Part shown: positions 33,400 to 46,679 of the stretch, one piece after another
How positions within the stretch are numbered: the stretch's first letter is position 1
Layout: the number at the start of each line of letters is the position of its first letter
Assembly (NCBI RefSeq): GCF_902713615.1
Contig: NC_052152.1
Coordinates: forward strand, 51,435,810 to 51,499,809
Reading direction: 5' to 3'
Source of the DNA: Scyliorhinus canicula
Taxonomy: Eukaryota
DNA length: 64,000 bases
Notes under the pieces: generated by a model
Database searches by the model: none
The model's input: the letters and a program-made list of their open reading frames with translations, nothing else
Told to the model about the DNA's origin: nothing
Translations under genes and position numbers: made by a program

Positions 33400-36300
33400 G
33401 GTCCTAAAAATTGAAGCCATCATAACTTCAGTGAAAGATAGGCAGCATCCTTATTTAGGTTTTCTGTCTGTCGGTTTTTTATTATCAATGGTTGAAGGGG
33501 TGTTGATGGGGTTGTTTTGTAACTTTACATGTCGGGAGTTGGTGGGATGGGTGTGGCTTATTGTTCATGTTACTTTATTTTGGATTTAATCATGTTGGTT
33601 TTGGGGGGGGGGGTTGGTTTGGCATATTGGAACTTTGGGGTCATGAATGGTTCTCTGTGTTGGGGCCACCCCACGAGCTGAATATGTAGTCAGCGGGAAT
33701 AAAGCAATGGGGTTATCTGCGGCTTGTACGGTGGGGGGTTTATTTGGTATGAGTTTAGGGATTATGGCTATTATGTGGTTAGGGTTTGGTCGGGGTTTGG
33801 GTGGGGAGTTGGTGGGTGGTGGGACGGGGGAGTGGGAAGGGCGGGTTTGACTTCTGATGGTGACTGGGGACCTTCCTTTGTACTGTTGTGTTGGGGGATC
33901 TGGTGGCCACCTTGAGTGGGCCTGCTATTGCCCTTCTCAGAGCATTGCTGCATGGCCTCAACGAGGCCGGATGGCTGACTCTAGCCAAGCGGGAGGGTAG
34001 ACTACCCCCCATCCGGCTGGTCACATGGAATGTGAGTGGGTTGAGTGGCCCGGTAAAGAGATCTCGGGTCTGTGCACACCTTAGGACTTTGAAAGCTGAT
34101 GTGGTGCTGTTGCAGGACCCCCATTTACGAGTTAGAGATCAGATAAATTTGCGATCAGATAAGGGTTGCGTAAGGCAGATGTTTCATTCGGAGTTTGATA
34201 GTAGGGCTTGGGGTCAACAATCCTGATTAATAAGAAGGTAGCCTTTCCAGCGTTGAAGATTTTGTCAGATTCGAATGGAAGGTACATGATGGTTAGTGGG
34301 TTGTTAACAGCTGCACCAGTGGTGCTGGTCAATGTATATGCCCCAAATTGGGATGACACAGCTTTTATTAATAAATTGTCTTTGATCTGGGATTTGGAGT
34401 CCCACTAGTTAATCACGGGAGGGCATTGTAACTGTGCATTGGATCCCCGATTGGATAAGTTGTGGTCTAAGGCATTGAAACCTTCTGGGATGGCAAAGGC
34501 TCAGCCTTTATGGAGCAGATGGGGGGAGTAAGTCCTTGAAGATTTCTACACCCAGGGGAGAAGGGCTTTTTGTTCTTCTCTCAGGTTCACCAGGTCAATT
34601 CCAGGATTGACTTATTTGTGGTAGATAAGTCCCTACTGCTGGGGATGGTGAGGATGGGGTACTCTGCGATAGTAATTTCTGATCATGCCCTACATTATCT
34701 GTGGGTTGGGATGGGCCCCACTCTGTGCCTCACCTGGAACTTTGATACTTCGCTGTTGCTGAATAAGAGCTTCTGCAAGAGGACTGAGGAGATTTTGCAT
34801 TCCACATTGTGGGAGGAGTTGAAGGTGGTTGTTAGATAGTGAAATCGCCTCTTTTAAAGCGAACAAGGAGAAGAGCAAGAAGATGAAGAGACAGAGGTTG
34901 GAGGATGCCATCTTAGAGATGAACCGTCAATGGTTGGTTAATTAGATGCCAGAGTTGTTTGCTAGTAGGAAGGAGTTAAAGTTGGAGTTTGGCTGCTGTC
35001 AATGAATCGGGTGTTGTGCCTGCTGCGACATTCGAGGGGAGCTTTTTATGAGTATGGTGAAAAGGCTAGTCGCTTGCTGAGGTGACAGATGGCCTCTTGG
35101 GATATTGAGAAATTTTATCAGAAGTTTGTCGGGTTGCTGGCTCCAATGCTGCTTGAGATGTTTGAGGATTCTATGCCATGGGGGACATTGCCAACCACAT
35201 TGGCGCAGGCATCAGTCATTCTCCCTGATCTTAAAGAAGGATAAGATCAGATGGAGTGTGGGTCATACCGTTCCATTTTATTACTAAACGTGGATGCAAA
35301 GTTATTGCCAAAGGTCCTGGCTAGGCATATGCAAACCTGCCTCCCAGAGATCATATCGGAGGAGTAGATGGGGTTTCATAGAATCATAGAATTTACAGTG
35401 CAGAAGGAGGCCATTTGGCCCATTGAGTCTGCACCGGCCCTTGGAAAGAGCACCCTACTTAAGCCCATGCCTCCATCCTATCCCCGTAGCCCAGTAACAT
35501 CAACTAACCTTTTGGACCGTTACTCCACAAGTCCGGTGGTGGTGGCGACATTGCGGATCTGGGGACAGTGGAGGAGGTACAAGAAGGTGGAGGGAGCGTC
35601 GGTCTGGACCCCGACATGTAACAACCACAGGTTTGTCCCGGGTAGGATGGATGGTGGGTTTTAGAGCTGGCAGAGGGCAGGCATCAGAAGGATGGGAGAT
35701 CTGTTCGTAGACGGAAGCTTTCCCAGTTTGAAGGCGCTAGAGGACAAATTTAATCTGCCGCCAGGAAACGCCTTTAAATATCTGCAAGTGCGAGCCATCC
35801 TGAAAAAACAAGCCTTTCCGAAGCTGCCATCACTGGGGATGCAGGACAGGGTGGTCTCCGGCACCTGGGTGGGGGAAGGGAAGGTGTCAGATCACTACCA
35901 GGAACTACAGGAGGCGGAGGAAACCCCGGTGGAGGAGCTCAAGGGCAAGTGGGAGGAGGAGCTAGGTGAGGAGTTGGAAGCGGGTCTGTGGGCAGAGGTC
36001 CTGGGCAGGGTTAATTCCTCCTCATCGTGTGCCAGGCTCAGTCTAATTCAATTTAAGGTGGTCCACCAGGTACATATGACGGCAATAAGAATGAGCAAGT
36101 TTTTTGGGATAGAAGACATTTGTATGAGGTGCAAGGGCAGCCTGCAAACCATGTCCACATGTTTTGGGCATGCCCAGAGTGTAAACAGTTCTGGCAAGGG
36201 TTCGCAAGGGCAATGCCCAAGGTGCTTAACACACGGGTGGTGCCGAGTCCAGAGATAGGGATCTTTGGAATGTCAGAAGACCTGGGAGTTCAGGGGGCAA

Positions 36301-36735
36301 AAGAGGCCGATGCCTTGGCCTTTGCCTCCCTAGTAGCCCGGAGACGGATTTTATTAATGTGGAGGGACTCAAAGTCCCCGAGTGTAGAGACTTGGGTTAA
36401 CGGCATGGCTGGGTTTCTCAGCCTCGAGAAAATAAAGTTTGCCTTTAGAGGGCCTACGCTAGGATTCTCTCGGAGGTGGCAGCCGTGCGTTGGCTTTCTC
36501 GGGAAAAATTAAAATGTCAGCAGCCGCAACAATCCGTGGGGGAGGGGGGGTGTGAGTGCTTCATTGGGATGGTGTGGGAAGACTGAGTCGTGTGGGGTAA
36601 TGTCTAGTTAATTGTTATTATATATTGTCTTTTTGCACTATGCTAATGTTCACTCTTGTTTGTTTTGTTATTATTGTTACTACTGTTTTATTATGAAAAA
36701 TTCTGCAAAACCTTAATAAAAATACTTTGTTAAAA
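33400..36735 (+). mobile_element. L1-clade LINE (inter-ORF region, ORF2, 3' UTR), degenerate with large internal deletions
   Basis: PPIRLVTWNVSGL, VNVYAPNWDD, SRID, YRSI.LLNVD, C-terminal C..C...HMFWAC. Most of the RT core is missing where a CR1/SINE tail sits (~35368-35520). Confidence 0.9.
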
Positions 36736-36744
36736 AACTAAACT

Positions 36745-36953
36745 TTTGGACACTAAAGGCAATTTAGCATGGCCAATCCACCCAACCTGCACATCTTTAG
36801 GCAGTGGGAGGAAACTGGAGCACCCGGAGGAAACCCATGCAGACAGGGGGAGAAAGTGGAAACTCCACACAGGCAGTCACCCGAGGCCGGAATTGAACTC
36901 GGGTCCCTGGAGCTGTGATCTAGCAGTGCTAACCACTGTGCCACCGCGCCGCC
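36745..36953 (-). mobile_element. V-SINE
   Basis: V-domain and tRNA head in reverse complement. Confidence 0.85.
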
Positions 36954-37479
36954 CTCTCAAGCAGCTTCATTACCACCTCTGCACTGGAGAAAGCGTCCGT
37001 TGCATACAGCAACAGGTCATCCACATATAATGCACCTTATGCTCCCTCCCCCTTCCCTCTATCACCCTCCACATCGTGGATTACCTCAATGTTATGGCCA
37101 GAGGCTCAATTGACAAGGCAAAAATAGCGGGTAGACTCCTGCCGTGCCTCCCCTCACTTGGAAGTATTTCAAATTAAAGCGTTTGTCTGGGCACTCACAG
37201 TGTGGGCCCTATATATGCACTGGATCCAAGATATAAATCTAGGCCCAAAGCCAAACCTCCCCAAAATCTTAAACAAATAACCCCACCCTTTCAAACACCT
37301 TTTCCTCTTCTGCTGAGATAATCACCTCAAACTAAGGGGTTGGAAAGGGGGACAATACAACATTAAGAATCCGCCAAACATTGGCCAAAACTTGTTTTCC
37401 CTTCACAAACCGGTGACACAGTGGGTAGCCCAAAATAGGCCACTTAACCTGCAAAAGAAATCAACTTCCTCCAAGATCA

Positions 37480-40400
37480 CCACAGTTACCAAGACATGCT
37501 GGCAAATATTAATTCTAAGAGCCGAAGAGGTGGCAGGATCAGCAAGAACCTGGAAAGGAGGAATGAGGCGATGATGAACACGCGGAGTGAGATAGAACTG
37601 GTCGCAGCCGAGCAGGCCGGGTTGCCGTCATGGACTATGCCGGACTACCCGTCGATAAGCCAGTGGATTGAGGTCCTGACACAGGAGCTCCAAAAGCACA
37701 GATAGGTCATCAAATTGAAAATAATGGCAACGGTGAAGGCGGCAGTCACGGATGCCCTGGCCCACTTCAAGGTGGCGCTGGAAAATACAGAGCAATGGCT
37801 GGAGGGGCAGGAGTCAATGATCAGGGAGCTGGAGAAAGCGGTGACTGTTCAGAGCGACTGGATCGCCTCATTTGAGACCAAAATGGCAAGAGATCGACTC
37901 AAGGAAGGCTTGAAGAGAAGGTTGAGGACCAGGAGAAATGGTCACGCCGCCAAAATCTCCGAATAATAATAATAATCTTTATTATCAAAAGTAGGCTTAC
38001 ATTAACACAGCAATAATGTTTCTGTGAAAAGCCCATAGTCGCCACATTGCTCACCTGTTAGGATACACAGAGGGAGAATTTGGAATGTCCAATTCACCAA
38101 ACAAGCACGTCTTTGGACTGTGGGAGGAAATCAGAGCACCCGGAGGAAACCCACACAGACACAGGGAGAACGTGCAGACTCCACACAGACAGTGACCCAA
38201 GCCAGGAATCGAACTTGGGACCATGGCATTGTGAAACAACAGTGCTACCCATGTGCTACCGTCCTGGCAATTATAATAATAATAATTGCTTATTGTCATA
38301 AGTAGGCTTCAATGAAGTTACTGTGAAAAGCCCCTTGTTGTGGGTCTACCAGAGCATATCAAGGGCAGGAACCCCACAGAGTAAGTAGTTCGGATGTTGG
38401 GTAAGCCAGTCAGGGGTGAGAACTTTCCCAAGCCCCATAGATAGACTGAGCCCACAGTTCACTCCTACCAAGGCCAAAATCAGGAGAGCAGCCGCGGGCC
38501 ATCATCGCAAAGCTGCACCGGTACAGGGACAGGGAGAAGATCCTGAATTGGACAAGGCACACACGGTCCTGTAAGTGGGAGGGACACGTGGTCCGTGTGA
38601 ACCAAGACATTTGGGCAGACCTGACCAATCACCCAGCTGAATTCAACCCAGCCAAGGCAACACTGGACAGGAACAAAGTGCGATTTGGGATGCTGTACCC
38701 GGCAAAGCTCTGGGTAACCTTCCCAGGAAAGGAATTTTACCTGGGCGCCACTGTGGTTTAACACTGCTGCTTCACGGCATTGAAGACCCAAGTTCGATCC
38801 CAGCCATACTGCTCAACAAGAGGACAGCGTTCATGGTGACATAGGTGGTTACGAACTAGGGGCACGGTATTTCATGGTTATTGATGTCCTGGAAGGGACA
38901 TCAGTGGTCCTCATAAACGTGAATGCCCCAACTGGGACAACGCAGAATTCATTAAGAAAACAATGGCAGAAATCCCAGACATAGACTCCCTCAGATTCAT
39001 TATGGGAGAGAACTTTAATTGCGTGCATGTCACATGGACTCACAGATCCTGCCCCAAACCCGGTAAACTATTAAACACGGCGAGAGAATTGAATGCCTTT
39101 ATGGAGCAGATGGAACCAGTGGACCCCTGGAGGTTCACACATTCAAGAGTTCTCCTTTTCCCAGGTCCACAGGGCCTACATCAGGATCAACTGCTTCGAA
39201 GTGGGGAAAGCAGTGCTTCCAGGGATAGTGGGAGGAGAGTACTTTGCAATCGTAATCTCCCACCACACTCCACACTGCATGGACGTGAGATTGGAGACTG
39301 GCTGGGCACAATGACCCCCTATGGAGGTGGTTCACAGTCCTCCTCACCAAGAAGGCGTTCAGCGGCAGATATCACAGGCCATCGACGGGTATGCTACCAG
39401 TAACCAAAATGGGGAGGTCGCCCCTCCACATTCTGGGAGGCACTGAAGGCGGTAATCAGGGGGGAAATTATTGTATTTAAGGCGCACAAGGATTGGAAGG
39501 AGAGGACAACCAGGCCACAGCTGGTCAACTCCATACTGGAGGTGGATCAGCGGCACTCCAAGGCCCCAACTGTGGAATGACTGGCGGAGAGGAAAAAGCT
39601 ACAAATGGACTTTGATCTGCTCTCCACCAAAAAAGTAGAGAACCAGTTCTTCCACACATGGGGGGGCCTTTGATGAGCATGGACAGAAAGCTGAGAAAGC
39701 AGACAACCATGAGGAAATAGCCCAGGTAAAAGATGGGACCTGCAAACCAGTCACAGCGCCAGAGGAGATTAACGAAGCCTTTGCAACCTTCTACTGAGAG
39801 CTGTACATCTCCGAGCTCCCCGACGGGGACTCGAAGATGAAGCAGTTTTTTGATGGACATGCTGGTCATCGGGGAAAATAAGAGATGGGGAATCACTAAC
39901 TCCATGCAGGCACCCAGGCCGGAAGCATTCCAGGAAGACCTCAATAAACCATTTCCACCAGCACTGGCCCAACACTTGTGAAAGATGTTTGCTCAGTAAT
40001 AAGGGTTACCCTGCTGCCAACGCTGGCTCAAGCCTCAATATCATTGATCCCCAAAAAAGACAAATACCCAACAGAGTACAGACCCATCTCACTCCTTAAC
40101 ACTGATGCTAAGATCCTGGCAACGATCCTGGAAAGGCAGCTGGGGAGCTGCGTGAAGACACAGTGGAGGAAGGTCAGATGGGCTTTGTCAAGGACAGGCA
40201 GCTAGCAGCAAACATCAGGCAGAATGTGATCAGGACCCCACCGAGTCAGAGAACACAAGAAGTGATCATCTCCCTGGACGCACAAAAGGCCTTCGACAGG
40301 GTCGAATGGAAGTACCTCATAGAGGTGCTGGAACGGCTTGGGTTTGGGACAAGGTTCACCTCCTGCAGATGCGCTCCCATGGTGAATGTATGGACAAATA

Positions 40401-41190
40401 TCATCAGCTCTGCATACTTCCGGCTGCACAGAGGAATGAGGCAGGCATGCCCGTTTTGCCTGCTGCTGTTTGCTCTGGTAATCGAGCCACTGGCGATCGT
40501 CCTCAGAGCGGAGAAGGGGTGGGGAAATATCCAAAGGAGGGACAGAGAGCATAGAGTCCCACTCTATGCAGATAAACCTGCTCCTCTACATCTGAAACTC
40601 CCTAGCCAGCATGGAAGGAATAATAAAACTCCTGAAAGAGTTTGGAGCCTTCCCAGGTTACAATCTTAACCTGAGTAAGAGCAAAATCTTCCCTGTGAAT
40701 CAATAGGGGGGTGGAGCAGAGCTGGGCATCCAAATAGCCCATGAGTGGACACGGGTCCACAAGTGGAACCTGACGAGTCTGATGAAGGAAGTTAAAATGG
40801 ACCTGCAGAGGTGGGGCCCACTCCCACTCTCCCTTGCAGGGAGAGTGCAGACGGTCAAAATGAACCTGCTGCCCAGGTTCCTGTTCCGATCTCTCCCGAT
40901 CCACATCCCCCAAGGTCTTTTCCAACACAGTGGATAAGCTAATCATGGAATTTTTTTGCAGGGAGAAGAGCCCAAGAATTAGGAAGAAGGTCCTGCAAAG
41001 GAGGAGAAAGGTGGGAGACCTGGCCTTCCCGAACCTTCAGCTCTATCACTGGGCGGCCACTGCAGAAAGAATACAGGGAAGGGTCAAACAACCAGGGGCA
41101 GAGTGGGTGACGATGGAAGAGAATTCCTGTGCAGTCCCATCCCTCCGAGCACTGGCCATAATCACACACCCGAACACCCGGTCAGACACT
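37480..41190 (+). mobile_element. L1-clade LINE (ORF1 plus ORF2), degenerate, with SINE insertions at ~37965-38340
   Basis: ORF1 coiled-coil and PRAIIAKLHRYRDREKIL..VRFGMLYPAKLWVTF; ORF2 NVNAPTG, YRPISLLNTD, SLDAQKAFDRVEW, LYAD, GDLAFPNL. Confidence 0.88.
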
Positions 41191-41924
41191 CAAAATCCAG
41201 TGTGTTAACATATTGTCTGTCCTGTGTTCCCTTCCAATGCCCGTCTTGCTGCCTGTTCTGACGTATATTATCCGGGGTAGCTGTTACAAAGTTACTGCAG
41301 GATATCTGTTTAAATTGGAGTTTTTGGACACTGAAACACCCCCCCCCCCCCACCCCCGCCCAATTCTGATGGGCTGGTCCAAAAACATCCCCTTTGGGTT
41401 CTGTGGCAGAATCTGTGGTGTTGTTTGATAGACTTAGCAAGCAGCCATTCAGTGTGTGTAGGATTTTCAGCCTTCTCCCATCGGGGCCTGTGGTTGGTGA
41501 AGCCAGTCAGAACCTTTCAAGGAAGAAGGCCGGTCCTCTGGAGAGTGCCATCTTTTGGTCAATTCTGTGTGGAAAACCAGCGAGCAAGGACACTGCAGAC
41601 ATCTCTCCTCTGTGCTGGACGTTTATAACCAAATCTGTGAAGACTTTTCCCGTTTAAAGGGGCACAGACAGCCATCAGAACTAGGAAAGAGGTCTTGAGT
41701 GTGAAAGTACAAGTTTTCCCAAAGGTCAGTAACCTTTGACCTGTGCGTGTCAGGGGCTGGGAAGAGCTGGAGAATTGAAGCTTTAAGTGGGATAAAACCA
41801 CCAGAGTCTTGTACAGGAATCAGGCCAATAAAAACTGCTATCTTCCCGGATCAGAGCTGTATTGTTCTCAGAGGGAGGTGATAGCTCAATCTGGTGGTAG
41901 AAAGGCAGAAGTGTACGGAACTGG

Positions 41925-42366
41925 ATAAAAGCAAATTTCTGCTGAATGTGAAACTAAAAGAGAAAATGTTGGAAAATCTCAGCAGGTCTGGCAGCATCTG
42001 TAGGCAGAGAAAAGACCTAATGTTTCGAGTCCAGATGACCCTTTGTCAACACACTGACCTGAGCAGCCTGTGTACAGCATCATCTGGTGGCCGGTGACAA
42101 GAACTGCACTGATCTAAACACCCAGCACCTAGCTCCATCTGGTGGCCGAAAGGCAGAATCGCATCGACCTGGAATTCTTAGGTGAAACACCATCTGGCGG
42201 TCAAAGGGCAGAATTACACCAACCCGAACCTCTCGAGTAAATTTATTTCCCAGAGGCGACAACCACAGTAGTGATAAAGGGTCACCTGGACTCGAAACGT
42301 TTGCTCTTTTCTCTCCCTACAGATGCTGCCAGACCTGCTGAGATTTTCCAGCATTTTCTCTTTTGG
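41925..42366. mobile_element. Penelope-type inverted arms (~88 bp) enclosing a ~230-bp spacer
   Basis: 41957-42044 and 42276-42364 are reverse complements with few mismatches; same motif family as 26866 and 30575. Confidence 0.85.
42075..42218 (-). promoter_or_regulatory. Three tandem CTCF-like sites with upstream (U) motif, 55-bp period
   Basis: Minus strand: TGCAGTTCT-N6-CGGCCACCAGATGATGCTG; TGCGATTCT-N6-CGGCCACCAGATGGAGCTA; TGTAATTCT-N6-TGACCGCCAGATGGTGTTT. Confidence 0.72.
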
Positions 42367-42690
42367 TAGGGAAGACGTAATTCCTGCTTTTTTTATTCCT
42401 CGCCAACCCTTAACTTGTGTCTGTCTTGTGTGTGTGTGTGGGTAGAGAGTGGGATCGGATTTGTGTCTGATAATCCTGTTATTTCTGTATATTTTTTCTT
42501 TCCTATTTTTATTAATAAACAGTTTGTTAATGTTTTACTTATAAAACTGATGCCTGTAAATCATTGGAGCAGTCAAGGGTTAAAGATCTTTTAAAAATGC
42601 GACGTATTGATTAATTCACTTACGTTGGGATTCCGGGGTCTGTGGGGCTGGAGTTGAATGTGCACTCGCCCAGGGTATCCTAACATAAAT

Positions 42691-42708
42691 TGGGGGCTCG
42701 TCCGGGAT
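42691..42708 (+). other. Primer binding site, tRNA-Pro
   Basis: TGGGGGCTCGTCCGGGAT is the canonical tRNA-Pro PBS; 5 nt after the LTR end. Confidence 0.9.
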
Positions 42709-42782
42709 TGGAAATGTTCGATGGCAAATTTGGGGGTAAAGATTAAATTACACAGACACCAGGTTTGTAGTAATATAACAAT

Positions 42783-42897
42783 ATGGCCAAGGAAGCTGCT
42801 AATAAATTTCTCCAGGTGGACGACATATCTCTGGTATTTTTGGAGGAATTTCGCAAAGACCCAATTATCGAATTGGCAAGGGAATTGAAACTGGGTG
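42783..42897 (+). pseudogene. Truncated gag N-terminus of the LTR element
   Basis: MAKEAANKFLQVDDISLVFLEEFRKDPIIELARELKLG just after the PBS; then breaks into unrelated sequence. Confidence 0.6.
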
Positions 42898-42899
42898 TA

Positions 42900-45730
42900 C
42901 TGAACACCCTTGGTCTCTCCTGTGTGGATGGCCCCTTGGTGCCCAGAAGATGCTCCTCCACTGTTTGAGTACAGAAGGGTCCGTCCCTGACTTTCTGAGG
43001 AGAAGGAGCACTTGGAGAAAAGTCGAGGTGTCCCACACTCCTCTTACCTAGCTACTGAGGGATCCCACTGCTGCTTTGAGTGGTGGATTGCAGGTCCGCG
43101 CGCAAATCCAGGAGAAACTGCTGGACCTTGGTCTCCAAGGCAGCCGTCACCCTTCCCATGGAGACTTCAAGGTGCTTGCATTCCAGAACCTCAACATCAG
43201 AGAGAACTGGAATGATCTCCTTGATCCATTGTTCTGGTCCATTGATTGCCTCTGACAAGTCTGCCTGATGTTCTGCCACTTTTTTGCATCTCCAGCATCT
43301 GTCCTACAGCTAATTGCAGAGGTTCATCATCTGATTCAAACTCTGCAGGCATCTGTTCTCCAGACCTAGAACATAGAACATAGAACGTACAATGCTGAAG
43401 GAGGCAATTCGGCCCATCGAGTCTGCACCGACCCACTTAAGCCCTCACTTCCACCCTATCCCCATAATCCAATAACCCCTCCTAACCTTTTTTTGGTCAC
43501 TAAGGGCAATTTATCATGGCCAGTCCACCTAACCTGCATGTCTCTGGACTGTGGGAGGAAAGTGTCAGTGATCTCCAGACAGTGACCAGTCGGATATAGA
43601 ATCCCTAGAGTACAGAAGGAGGCTATTCTGCCAATAGAGTCTGCATCGATCCTCTGAAAGAGCACCTTACCTCCACCTTATCCCTGTAACCCTGCCTGGG
43701 GTCAAACTTGAAGCATGGCCAATCCACCGAACCTGCACTTCCTCGGACTGTGGGAGGAAAGCGGAGCACACAAAGGAAAACTATGCAGACATGGGAAGAA
43801 TGTGCAAACTCCACACAGTCACCTGGGGTCAGAATTGAACCCGGGTCTCTGGCGCTGTGAGGCACCAGTGCTAATCACTGTGCCAATGTGCCGCCCAAAG
43901 CAGAAGAGTGAAGGAGGGGGTGGGATGACGGACTTAGCTGTGCCCAATAAAAACTGGGCGAGGATGAAGGCTACTGTGGCTCTTCGGGCATGTAAGCCCC
44001 TCGTTGCTGCTGCTTTTCCTCAATTCTCCAGCTTGTCCTATGGTTCCTCCCAGGATCATTGTCCAGCTGATCCTGGTCCGGAGCCTCCTCATCCTCCTCC
44101 TGGGAAGTGGCCGCATGTTCCTCCCCCACCAACCCCCACTCTTGCACACCGTTGTGGAGGGCACAGTAGACCACCACAAAGCAGGCAACCCTCAGGGGGT
44201 GTACTGCAGTGCACCATCAGTGTGGTCGAGGCATTGGAATTGCATTTTCAGGAGTCCGATGCACCACTCAATGGCCGCATGGGCCTCGTTATATCGGGCC
44301 TCGTTATGTGGGGTCTCCGCATCGGTCCCCAAACCCATACAGGCGTGATTAGCTAGGTCCTCAGTGCTTTATAAATAATAAATAATCTTTATTGTCACAA
44401 GTAGGCTTACATTAACACTGCAATGAAGTTACTGTGAAAAGCCCCTGGTCGCCACATTCCAGTGCCTGTTCGGGTACACTGAGGGAGAATTCAGAATTCT
44501 CTGCTGGTACGGGAATTGAACCCGTGCTGCTGGCCTTGTTCTGCATCACAAATTAGCTGTCTAACCCACTGAGCTAAACCAGCGCTACATATGGGCAGCA
44601 TGACAGCACAGTGGTTAGCACTGTTGCTTCACAGCTCCAGGGTCCCAGGTTTCATTCCTGGCTTGGGTCACTGTCTGCGCAGAGACTGTACGGTCTCCTT
44701 GTGCCTGCGTGGGTTTCCTATGGGTGCTCCGGTTTTCTCCCACAAGTCCCGAAAGACATGCTATTAGGTAATTTGGACATTCTTAATTCTGGCTCTGTGT
44801 ACTCAAACAGGTACTGGAATGTGGCACCTAGGGACTTTTCACAGTAACTTCAAATTACATGAAACATTTACCCCTTATCCCCCAATATAAAGGGGATTTG
44901 CCAATCTGGGGTGGTCCTCAAATAGGCCGGGGGTGTCCGACTGCCCCAGGATATAGCTGTCGTGACACACCCTGAGAAGCGGGCACACACGGACATGATC
45001 TTCATGTGGTGGTCGCACATGAGTTTTACCGTCAGTGAGTGGAGCCCCTTCCTGTTGATGGAGGGCACTCCCTGACAACCTGTTGCGCACAAGGTGACAT
45101 GTGCCATCTCTCACACCTCTGGATCGGAGCATCCCATCAATGGCAGAGAATCCTATTGCCCGGGCATATTGTTGGGCTTGGTCCATGTCAACATCTATAT
45201 AGTTTGCTGCCCGCGCAAACAGGACATCCATGACCTCCCCGATGCCCACACCCACCCTCTGGTCACAGAAATGTGCTGGGGCCCAGCTCCTGGGTGTTCA
45301 GATGTTGGCCGCTGTGTCCGTGGTGTTGCTTCCTGCAGTGTTCAGGCACAGTGTCCAGGCATAATGGTCTGATTGGGATGCTAGGTAATAACTGCCACAT
45401 GTTATATGGCACGCCTACCCACGGGAATCCACTTGGGAGCTGTGAAGTGTTCACTGCTCACTTAACTACGAGGCAAATCCCTATTAACTATAGCCATCAG
45501 TCGCGTGGTCAGAGGCCTCCATGGTCACTGGGAGTTGTGCGTGGTCGTTGGAACAGACAGGCTGGGCTGGTGTTGCCCCTGTTATGGGAACATGACAACT
45601 CCCACCCCCACCACCGAGTACTGGGGGCAGCAACCCCAGTGCTCCAGGACTCACTGCCCGGGAGGGAAGATGGCTACTCACCTCCTCAGATCCCCATAGC
45701 AACCATTCCACCAGCTTCACATTTTTAAAA
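42900..45730 (-). mobile_element. Degenerate PIF/Harbinger-like transposon (DDE nuclease plus partner-protein remnants), interrupted by SINEs and a MITE piece
   Basis: FSAIDGM..GV.DGT, NRKGLHSL.V.L.CDHHMKIMSVCARF, HDSYIL, LGDKG (44868-45260); VVYCALHN plus acidic tail (43971-44190); coiled-coil-like remnant 42900-43330. Confidence 0.8.
44375..44850. mobile_element. Head-to-head SINE pair (minus 44375-44585, plus V-SINE 44592-44850)
   Basis: Both carry the GGGCTTTTCACAGTAACTTCA-type tail; tRNA-like heads face outward from ~44588. Confidence 0.75.
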
Positions 45731-46419
45731 AGGTTTACTAATCAGCACCCACGTGATCACTTGCTGGGGTGGCGGTTAGATCATGGGAGGCCATTAGATC
45801 GGGGCCATTCCCGTTAATTGTTTAAGATTAGCTTGAAGCAGTGATTATTTGTTTCTCTAGCTAACTTGCCCATGTTTTTGAGACAAACAGTATTATGTGG
45901 TCAGCAGATTACATAGTCGACTTTGTTTTTATCGGTGGCCCCAATATCCTGTCTCAAACAATCCATGGAGTATAGAGGCGACCAGCTTTGGTATCGTGCC
46001 CCCGGATGAACAATGAGGTGGACAGGAACTGACTGTTATACAAGGTTAGCAATGTACGAAAAGAAACTTTAGAATGGATTCAAGATCCTGGTAAACAACA
46101 GGTGACAGGATGGGGTTAAATCATGAGCTGATCACAAGTCATCATTTTGCTTAAAGTAATTTTACTGGATAATAGGGAAGTGACAGCTCCAAGGATTGGA
46201 TCAAGTCCAACTGGGGTGGGCTATTGATTTTTGGAAAATCCTATAATTAATGTGCTTTTATCAGTGTTAGGCAGATTGATCTTGGCATTTATCCAGATCT
46301 ATCTCTCGTGTATACAAAACCAAGCTTGGGGTAATAAAGCCATCTTAACCAGGTTGTTGTGTCTGTTGCTCTCTGTTTATTAAACTAAGCCATAATAATG
46401 TGGGAGGAACCCCATGAAA

Positions 46420-46650
46420 AGGCTGGCTCAATACTCAGGCCTTGGAAACGCTCCTACATTCCCCTGGGCCTCCAACCTCCTTTTCAATTGTCAAGGGCCA
46501 CTTGCATGGTGGCCAGCATTTATGTGACTGCCACCTTAAGCACTGCCTCAATTTCAACATTGATCTCGTCCTTCAGCTCCTTCAGCTCTTTCATGAAGTA
46601 CTTTATCCATGCATCCTCCGGCAGAGGGGTGGCAAAGAGTGCAATTCTCT
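46420..46650 (-). mobile_element. L1-like ORF1 N-terminal fragment
   Basis: WIKYFMKELKELKDEINVEIEAVLKVAVT resembles the ORF1 coiled-coil at 37600-37800. Confidence 0.55.
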
Positions 46651-46679
46651 GGCTTTGTTGCATTCTCACTTGAGAGAAA

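Larger units (their letters stand above)
41203..42685 (+). repeat. Gypsy-type 5' LTR (TGTTA...TAACA) containing a fold-back insertion
   Basis: Inverted termini; followed by a PBS and a gag start. The left boundary is less certain than the right. Confidence 0.7.

Noticed and set aside
44868-45260. Domesticated HARBI1 host gene
   Set aside because: Frameshifted and split by SINEs; a transposon fossil.
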